From the IMG/VR virus record IMGVR_UViG_3300005253_000330: a DNA stretch of 20,000 nucleotides. One strand, written 5' to 3'. A program made the translations under genes and the position numbers. The notes under the pieces were generated by a model that saw only the letters and a list, made by a program, of their open reading frames with translations, searched no databases and was not told where the DNA came from. Origin of the DNA: an uncultured virus (IMG/VR IMGVR_UViG_3300005253_000330). Its lineage: Duplodnaviria; Heunggongvirae; Uroviricota; Caudoviricetes. This document shows, piece after piece, positions 8,400 through 16,721 of the stretch (position 1 is the stretch's first letter; every line of letters begins with the position of its first letter).

Positions 8400-9274
8400 T
8401 GAGTGGATCTGGTGGCGGCTCGTCTGGAAAGATTGACTTTCCACAGTACATGAAGGACCTCCATGAGCCTTATATGGACGAGCTCAAGGATATCGTTGAT
8501 ACTCAGGTCGGTGGCACTAACCCATTTACACTTGCTCAGTCATACGATGTAACAGAAGAGGTGGAGTCTAGCCAAACTAGGTATGATGACCATGATGCTT
8601 TGGTTGAGGACCTAGATGCTGAGACTGAGTTTAAGGATTATATTAGTACAGCGGAGAGTGAGGTCGACGACCACCTTGAAACGTCGGATGCAGATATTAC
8701 AACTGCAGTGACAGCGTTTGAGACAGCGCAAGCGCCAGTACTTGCACGCTCCCTAAACAGATTCACTGGACCTATGGCAGGTGCTAACGCTGTTGGTGGC
8801 TCTGCTTTTGTAGTAGGTGTGGCGCTGATTGAGGCACAGCACAACTCTAGTGTTGATAGTTATAGAGCAGTTATACAATCGGCTGCTGATACTGAGCGTA
8901 GAGCAGCTATAATGGCTGCGCTTAAGTACATGATGGACTACAACATTGGGAAGGTAGACAGTGATAGACTATCTACTGTTACCCAAGCTGAAATCAATCG
9001 AATTAAGATGGTGGCCAAGAAAGAGCAGTACGAGGATGACATTGGGTATGATGTGGAAGACGCTATGTGGGATATACGCTTGTATGAGCCTCTATTCAAT
9101 GGGCTAGGGTCTATTCACAGCGCTGCATATATGCCTAAGCAGACTAAGCGTGGTATTGGTAGTGCGATTGGCGGGGCTATGGGTGGTGCAGTCATGGGAG
9201 CGATAGTGATGCCTGGTATGCCTTTGCTTGGGGCAGCTATTGGTGGTGGGCTAGGACTAGCGGCAAGCCTTTGA
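8399..9274 (+). CDS. Internal virion / DNA ejection protein 1
   Basis: Begins MSGSGGGSSG, has a helical body and ends in a Gly/Ala-rich hydrophobic hairpin (GSAIGGAMGGAVMGA...GAAIGGGLGLAA), as is typical of podovirus ejection proteins. Confidence 0.6.
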   Translation: MSGSGGGSSGKIDFPQYMKDLHEPYMDELKDIVDTQVGGTNPFTLAQSYDVTEEVESSQTRYDDHDALVEDLDAETEFKDYISTAESEVDDHLETSDADITTAVTAFETAQAPVLARSLNRFTGPMAGANAVGGSAFVVGVALIEAQHNSSVDSYRAVIQSAADTERRAAIMAALKYMMDYNIGKVDSDRLSTVTQAEINRIKMVAKKEQYEDDIGYDVEDAMWDIRLYEPLFNGLGSIHSAAYMPKQTKRGIGSAIGGAMGGAVMGAIVMPGMPLLGAAIGGGLGLAASL

Positions 9275-9285
9275 GGAGGATAGTC

Positions 9286-9304
9286 GCGTTCATAATGTGA
9301 ACAT
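9286..9304 (+). promoter_or_regulatory. Dyad motif copy 3: GCGTTCA-TAATG-TGAACAT
   Basis: Lies in the 54-bp intergenic gap, upstream of the AAGGAG SD of the 9329 gene. Confidence 0.7.
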
Positions 9305-9328
9305 GAGTGTGTAAGAAGGAGTAGAGAT

Positions 9329-10411
9329 ATGGGAGCGTTTAGTAAGTTTAATCTAAAAGACCCGGCGTTCCTCAACGCTATGGCTATGTTTGGAGCTGCT
9401 ATCAGCCCACCTGGTTCTGCTGGACGTGAGCTTGGGATGTCGGCCCAGAGTATAACCCAAGGACTCATGTTCAATCGAGCTGTAGAGGCTACAAAGAGAG
9501 CTCGCGCTGGTAGATTGGCTGCTACCCCTGAACTTGAGGCTAGGTTAGGTGAGCTTGCGGAGACGAATCCACTTGCTAAGAGCCTAATGGAAGGCCGTAG
9601 TGGTGCAGCCAGTGCAAGGACGTCTAGGTCGATGTTTGGTTTGTCTCCTGATATGCAAGGTCAAGCGTTTGCACTTGGATTAGCACAGGAGCAGGCTCCA
9701 TTTGCCTTGCGAGCTTCGGCAGCTGGTGTTGAGGGTGCTGAGCTTGATGTGAGGAGAGATAGGTTAGGGCTGCTTGAGGGTGAACGAGCTGAACGTAGAG
9801 GTGCAGCTGGAGAGGCACTTGACCCATTGAGGGAAGAGGTTGAGGAGGCAGACCTCTTATTGAGAAGGAACATAGCTGATGAGCAGCTGATGGGTGGAGA
9901 GTCTGAGTTGAGAGGTAGAGGTAGAGAGGCAGGTATAGCAGGTGCGGAGGCCAAGGTTGCTCTCACTAAGCAACAGGAGCTAGAGTCAGCTAGTCGTACT
10001 GCATATAATGATATGCTGACTCGACTTGGCCCAGGTGGTAGGAAGACAGCTACGACTGCTTACATTAACACTTCACTGCAGTCGATTGTAGGGTCTCTGT
10101 TAGCGGCCCAGGGTAAGAGCATGGAAGAACTAACCATGTTCGATACATTCAAGCAGCTGACAGATAGACCAGCGGCAGCTATAGCCTTGCTTGCTGGTGA
10201 CACACTCAGTGATTCTGCTCAGATGAACTTTGTTAGATTCATAGAAGCAGCTAACGCATCCCAGAATCCTTCAGCGGACCCAGCTGTGCAAACACCACTT
10301 CGTGCATTGATGAGAGAGGTTGAGGGGGTATCAGGTGGTGGTGCTGAATTTGGCACTATAGATGCTACTATTGATCTCCGTAAGTTTACCAGCCGTGGAG
10401 TTAAAAGGTAA
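9329..10411 (+). CDS. Internal virion / DNA ejection protein 2
   Basis: 360 aa, Ala/Gly/Glu/Arg-rich and helical, with an AAGGAG SD. Lies between two other ejection-type genes. Confidence 0.55.
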   Translation: MGAFSKFNLKDPAFLNAMAMFGAAISPPGSAGRELGMSAQSITQGLMFNRAVEATKRARAGRLAATPELEARLGELAETNPLAKSLMEGRSGAASARTSRSMFGLSPDMQGQAFALGLAQEQAPFALRASAAGVEGAELDVRRDRLGLLEGERAERRGAAGEALDPLREEVEEADLLLRRNIADEQLMGGESELRGRGREAGIAGAEAKVALTKQQELESASRTAYNDMLTRLGPGGRKTATTAYINTSLQSIVGSLLAAQGKSMEELTMFDTFKQLTDRPAAAIALLAGDTLSDSAQMNFVRFIEAANASQNPSADPAVQTPLRALMREVEGVSGGGAEFGTIDATIDLRKFTSRGVKR

Positions 10412-13400
10412 TGCCGATTAGAGTTGAGATAGAGGACAAGCCTGGAACTGTCTTTGAGTTCGAGGATTGTACTACCGACGAGGTTATCTCAAGTACCATA
10501 AAGAGGGAGTTTCCACAGTCATTGACTGTAAGGGCTGCTCGTGGGCTTGCAAGTGGTGTGTCCAAAGTAGCTGAGGTGATTGGCTCTCCTGACATAGTCA
10601 AGGACTTTGGTCGCACGTTCACTGACCCAAACGCTGAAGTTGAGTTCATGAACAAGTATGTGTTTGGGCCAATAGGTAGGACGATAGACCCGCACACTCC
10701 AGAGTTCGCGGAGCTTGTCAAGTCAAGAGAGGCTGGAACGCCGGAGTTTGACGCTAGACAGGCTAACTTGGATAGTGCCTATGGTGGTGGGCCAGTTATG
10801 TCACAGGCTGAGCCAGGTGCTATGTCTAGACAACTGACAATGGAGGNNNNNNNNNNNNNNNNNNNNNNNNNNNNNNNNNNNNNNNNNNNNNNNNNNNNNN
10901 NNNNNNNNNATCTATGAGGGAGGAGGCCATGAGGCGCGGTCCACTTGGTACTCGTCACCTTGGTAATTTACTTGCTAAGGTGAGGCATGGCATGGTGGAG
11001 CAGTCTGGCACTGGTAGGATGATTAACTTAGCCACTGGTAAGGAGGCTAAGCACGAGCCGTTTATTGGGAGGACGCCACTTGGTAGATTTTTCGAGGAGC
11101 AGGCGACAGTTGCAGGTAGCTTGCTTGGCGACTACATCCTATTCAAGGCTGGCTCATCTATTGTGAAGGGGCTAGCGTTTGCTAAGACGCCTGTCTCAAG
11201 GGGGATTAAGAACCTAGCACTTAGGCGCACGTTATCTGCTGGCGGTGCCTTTGCAGTGCCTGGGGCTGTGCATCAGCTTGCGACTGAGATGGAGAACCCT
11301 GCACCTATAGAGTCATTCGACGACTTTGCGTCATCTATAGAGAGGACAATAGCGGCTGGTGCTAAGGGTGGATTGGTTGGCGCTGCAGTTGGTCTGTCTG
11401 GGCATATTGGGATGAAGCTGCCTGGTGGGCGTGCTACTAAGTTCGCTAGTGCTGTTGGAGGTGGTGCAGCTGTGCTTGGCACATCCACTTCCATTGAGCA
11501 GGGAGAATTTAGCCCTAAGGCATATATAGACGCAGCATTCATGCTAACAGGGCTGCATGGTATGGGTATGCTTGGGAATGAGTTCAAGGCAGGGCTCGGG
11601 AAGAAGGGGGCGAAGATAGACTTCTCACCAGATGGTGGCACTGGTATTGAGCAACATCAAGGTAAGTGGCGTCACCGTATGTCTAATCAGCTGTTTGAGA
11701 GTAAGGAGGAGGCTGGTAAGCATTATGGGGAGTTGAGAGATAGACTTATCACTGTGCTGGACAAGAATCCCACTGTCACTCGTGAGACTATCACTGAAAT
11801 GATGAAGACAGATCCAGATGCAGCTAAGCGATTGGTGAGTGATATTGGAGAGGCCATATCTGGCAAGTTGAGGACGGAGTATGAGGCAGGGGGAGAGCAC
11901 CCAAGTGATGTAGTGTTGCGAGAGATAGTGAAAGAGAACACTGGGATGCAGGTTGAGCAGCTATTCAGCGCTCCACGACTTGCCGGCCCTGTTGTTACAG
12001 AGGGACAGGCTAGGGCTAGACAGTCTCATATTGCTAGAGGGGACAAGTCGTCGGTTATACTTGCCAGGAGTACGACTCCAGGTGGAGATAGGTGGAGGGT
12101 ATCCACTATAGATTCTACTGATGGCAGGGTATCGAAGATATCCGACTATAGCACTCATGATGAGGCTAGAAGTGAGTTTGATAGTAGGGTGTCCGTCCTG
12201 GGTATACCTAGCACTAGAATTAGAGGTGCTGATACTGGGGTTGTAGAGACAACTGGTGGTGGTGTGCTACAGACAGAGCCAACTACTATTGAGGATGCAG
12301 CTGCTCCTGTAAAGAAGGAGTTTATAGGTATTAAAGTTGGTGGTAGGGGCATAGCTCTCCGTGACCTCCCACGTGAGGTTACAGACTTTCGCCCTGGAGA
12401 CCCTATCGACACTAACCTTGCTCGCGCTATACAAGCTGAACGTGGCCGTGACCCATTCACTCGTGCAGTACAACATAGTGTTGAGGCTGAGAAGGGGCGT
12501 GCAGAGATTGACTTGAATGAGATTGCCCGTGAAGCGGATGCTGCCAGGAAGATTGCAGCTGATGAGAACCTTGGCTCCCCTGGACCACTGGACCCTCGCA
12601 CTGCTGATGCGCTGCTGGCGCGGTTGAGAGCTGAGCGTGGTGAGGAGCCTCCTCCACCAGAGAAGGGTGGGCCACCTGCTCGACCTCCCAAGCCTCCAAA
12701 GCCACCTGCTAGTGGTAAGCCAGAGCGAGACCCATATGAGCCAGACGCTGGCGACTTAATGAAGATGGGGATGACAGAGGTAGAGGCAAGGCGCGTAGAA
12801 GCTGCTACCAAAAAACGAGCTGAGGTACATAGAGACTCTATTGAATTGAAGAGGAGGAATGACCGCGTATCTTGGAATAGTATGAAGGAGTGGTTTGGTA
12901 AGAACATCATTAATCCACAGTATACCATTGAGGAGATACTTGCTGAATTTGGAGAGCAGGGGCTGCAAACTAAGATGCACCTTCGTGCTGCTCGTGGTGC
13001 TACTCCATATGCCGAGTCACTCTCAGCCCCAATAATTGAGGAGGTTTGGAGGGGTACTTCCAGGTCGAAGGCTGACCTTATCAATGAGATTGTACTAACT
13101 AATAACTGGATAGCTATTTCCAAGGACCCTCGACTCATTAAGAAGGGAATTAAGCATCCACGTGGACTGACTCTGCAGGAGCTAGAGGATTCACTGGCTG
13201 GTAGAAGGGCTGCTAATCCAGTTGAATTTGATGATGCAGCTAGACGTGCTAATATACTGTCCAATGCAGTCCGCGCACTGACTATTGACCCGCTTCGAGA
13301 CGCCGGTATTATCGACAGCGCTCGTCACGCAAGGTTAGCTAAGCGCAAGGACCATATGACTCGTCAGTTCCTTGATGCAGAGCTCGACCCTGCCATATAT

Positions 13401-15503
13401 CAAATAACTGATGGTGGTAAGACTATATCAGTTCGTGGGTCTGGGATACCAGTGTTGAAGGGTGGTAGTGAGAACCTACTTGACCCAGATGTCCAGTCAC
13501 TGTTCAGGGATATGGTGAATAGGACTCAGTCACGTATATTCAGGAACTCCCCAAATAAGGCTGGACTACAACTCGCACTCGAGAAGCCAGACAATCCTCT
13601 TTTTAGGCTAAGTGTGTTCCGTAGTGGTAAGCACAAGGGCAAGCCATTCTTTCAAACAAAGAAAGGTCGTGTGTTCCCGAAAGTGCCTAAGGATAAAGAG
13701 CAGATAGGGGTGATGGTAGATGGCCAGCAGTGGATGATGGAGATGCCTAAAGAGTTTGCGAGGGACTGGATTACTGCTGACCCTGTGTTTAATAGTGCTA
13801 CAATGGTTGGACTGCGTTGGATGTCCAGTGCACAGGTTACAAGAGCATTTGCAACTGGTACATTCAATCCATTGTTCTTCCTCACCAACTTCCCACGTGA
13901 CATCATCTACACTTGGATTAGAAACCCTGACCTGTACTCACCTCACCTACCAATTGCAGCCACTCAACTATTCAATGACCTTAATGCTGTGGCTAGGGAC
14001 ACATGGGCGAAGGGCCCAAGCTACCAAGATGCAATGGCACAGGGGTTTGGGCAAGCTTTTCTATTCAAGCAGGGACAGCTTAGAATGTTTCAAGGTAGAA
14101 CAGGTAGAGCACTGGACAGTGCCCAGAAAACGTCAAGCCATGCTAACGAGTTCTTCGAGATGTGGACTCGCATGGCAGTGCGTAACCGTGTTATCTCTAT
14201 GAGAACGGAGGACTTTGTTAAGCAGAAGGGTAGGCAGCCTAATCAAGCTGAATTGAAGCGGATAGAGTTTGAGGGGACGGCGAGGGCGCGTGACGTTATT
14301 GACTTCGCAGTTGGTGGCAGAGTTACTAAGGCGATGGATACTGTTATGCCATACCTAGCTGCCGGCATTCGTGGCACTGTTGGTATAGTGGAAGCTGCAA
14401 AGGCTAACCCAGCTATGTTTGGTTGGAAGGTTGCACAGTTGATGGGGCTGTCCGCTAGCATTACACTATACAACATGCTCACAAATGAGGAGGCGTTTGA
14501 CTCCACTTCTGATGAGCTGAAGAACGCTAACTTTATATTCACCACTCCATACTTCTACTTGGATGAGAATGGGCAGAAACGATATGTTGAGTTTAAGATT
14601 GCTAAAGACCATGGACAGCGTGTATTCTCAGCAGTAGCTGAGATGGCTATGGAGGGGTTTGCGGGGAAGACCATTGATAAGACTAGGCTCCTAAACGCTG
14701 CTCAGGACTCACTCAACATCACACCAGTCTCATGGGTACCACCAGTCGCAAAGGGCCTATTCGCTTACACATTCAATAAGGATATGTTCTTCAATGAGGA
14801 TATATGGAAGGGACCAGATGTAAAGCCCAGTGCTGAGATTGACGATTCTGTCAACCCCATCTACAACTACATTGCAGCTAACCTTGGGCTGTCACCTAAG
14901 CGTACACAGGCCGCCCTCTCCCAAGTTGTATCAAGAGGTAATGTGTTCATGAGCGCCATTGGGCAAGGTACTCGTTATTTAATAGAGGAGCCTGACCCAG
15001 GTGAGATGAGTAAAACTACAATGCAAGTGTTGGCTACACTACCTGGTGTACGGTCAGTGGTCAGTGTAACACATCCAGCTCAGTTCCAGAGGAACATGCT
15101 TGAGCGAGAGGCAATGGATGATAACACTATTCGATACCAAGCTAATAGGGTTTTTGACCCACTTGCTCAGCGATACTTCAACGCCCCAAGTGGTGATAAC
15201 TTTAGCGCTGTTATAGACTTCATCAACACCCAGCCACTCCTTGATAGGGATAGGTTAGTGTCAAGGTTTAGGTCTAGCGCTAAGTTGCAGGGATTGGATA
15301 ATAGGTCGTTTTGGCTTAGCCTACTTGACATGCCAGGGCCAGCAGCTGCTCGCTCTTTCTACTCTATATGGGATGACATGGACACTAATGGAAAGCGCCA
15401 TTATGAGAGTACAGCGAGGAAGGTAATGGGTGAGTCAACTGACTTTTGGGCCACCTTCTTCAAGCTCAGGGCTGGCAAGTCCGATATCACTGTTAGAGAG
15501 TAG
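10411..15503 (+). CDS. Large internal virion / polyvalent protein (~1,700 aa) with C-terminal LPD38-like region; interrupted only by the N gap
   Basis: ORFs 10411-gap and gap-15503 flank 63 Ns and are probably one gene. The N-terminus MPIRVEIEDKPGTVFEFED is typical of these proteins. It contains Gly/Ala hydrophobic segments, a Pro-rich linker, and a C-terminal region NPLFFLTNFPRD...VIDFAVGG..TK....MPYLAAGIRG...KIAKDHG resembling LPD38-containing proteins. Confidence 0.68.
10847..10909. other. Assembly gap (63 N)
   Basis: Run of Ns. The frames on either side differ, so the gap length is probably an estimate. Confidence 0.98.
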
Positions 15504-16721
15504 GTTCTGTCTCTCCTCCTTACTCAACACTCGTATAACCCAGTCATCTCCACCAACAGGTTGCATTGTGGTGAACTTGCTAGCGTTCATTGAGCGAACT
15601 ATCTCGAACATATCTCTGGCCATACACATGTTCTGGTACTTCGCCACCAGTTGAGAGAACATAATCCTCCCTGCTCTGGCTACTGTATCCATTACTAATG
15701 CCATTAGCTCCTGAGGCTCCACCTTCCCAAACGCCTTGAAGCTGTACGGCATAACCTCCTCTGTCTCCTTCAACAGATTGTAAGCGCGAAAGAAGTCGTC
15801 GGCTGTAAGTATTTTGTCGTCTCCACGAGACGCGCTCATCATTATGGACAGCTTCTTTACATGAGTAGGCCGGCGACCAACATACCCTTCCAAGTCACGC
15901 TCACCCTTGAATGGAGTGTCTTCCCTCTCCTTATCTTTCCCATCGTGCATATTCTCATACCAGTCAACATATATACGCTTGTACTCATCAGTTGGCTTGA
16001 ATTCGCCGGATAGCATAGATATATACTCTAAGTCAGCAATCAGTGGCTCCTTCAACTCCGCCTGCCTCTTGTGGTATAGTGTAGGGTCACCTATCGTTCT
16101 ACCTTTACCAGATGCATAGACAAATATCATCCGCCCAGTCAGCCCACCACCTATGGCTTCCCTTGGAAAGCAGCGTTTAACCATCTCTGGCGTTATCGCT
16201 CCAAGTAAGTTAAACCATACACACTGTATATCATCAGTACCCTCATGCTTGGTGTCGTACTTCCAAGGGTCTGGACAATCGTAGAGGTGTGTTAGGTCTA
16301 GAAGCATCTGCTTATCCACTCTATCACTACCCATAAACACAGCAAGCTCAGAGTGAAACAGCGTTATTGATGAGTGGAATATTGGTAGGTTAGTGACTGG
16401 GTCTATCATCTGTTGTATAGACTCACCTATTGCCCTAATTAGAGCCTCACGAGTTGTAGACTCAGCAGCCAGTGGGACTCTCATCTTTCTAATAAGCTCA
16501 CCGCCAGGCCGCATAGCTGTGCTCTTCCTAGCAGCTGTTTTACCTACCAGTATAATGTACATGTTTGGGTAGATATGCTCATCCCACAGCATGTAGCACT
16601 TACGTTGGAGGCAAGAGGCAATGACGGATACTCCAACCCACTTCTTGTACAGGTCCGAAGGTTCTGTCATTTCTACATATTCTAAATACCCATCAAGCCA
16701 GTCACTCAACTCCCTGGTCAT
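15435..16721 (-). CDS. DUF3987 (YfjI-like) P-loop NTPase, putative replicative helicase
   Basis: WLDGYLEYVEMTEPS, IYPNMYIILVGKTAARKST (Walker A-like), SELAVFMG, LTHLYDC, NLLGAITP and GGGLTGRMIFVY. ATG 16721 is preceded by GGGGGTGA, and the gene is adjacent to polA. Confidence 0.78.
   Translation of the reverse strand: MTRELSDWLDGYLEYVEMTEPSDLYKKWVGVSVIASCLQRKCYMLWDEHIYPNMYIILVGKTAARKSTAMRPGGELIRKMRVPLAAESTTREALIRAIGESIQQMIDPVTNLPIFHSSITLFHSELAVFMGSDRVDKQMLLDLTHLYDCPDPWKYDTKHEGTDDIQCVWFNLLGAITPEMVKRCFPREAIGGGLTGRMIFVYASGKGRTIGDPTLYHKRQAELKEPLIADLEYISMLSGEFKPTDEYKRIYVDWYENMHDGKDKEREDTPFKGERDLEGYVGRRPTHVKKLSIMMSASRGDDKILTADDFFRAYNLLKETEEVMPYSFKAFGKVEPQELMALVMDTVARAGRIMFSQLVAKYQNMCMARDMFEIVRSMNASKFTTMQPVGGDDWVIRVLSKEERQNLLSNSDIGLASPELEEGGPKVS

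Noticed and set aside
10411..10917. Separate 168-aa gene before the 1529-aa ORF
   Set aside because: The apparent stop and frame change follow a 63-N gap of uncertain length; one continuous gene is more likely.
12155..13264. 369-aa minus-strand ORF and other antisense ORFs in the track
   Set aside because: They are shadows of long coding genes, with Ser-rich composition and no recognisable motifs.
15583..15599. Degenerate dyad GCGTTCATTGAGCGAAC inside the DUF3987 gene
   Set aside because: One mismatch, mixed spacer and intragenic. It could be a weak site but was not counted.
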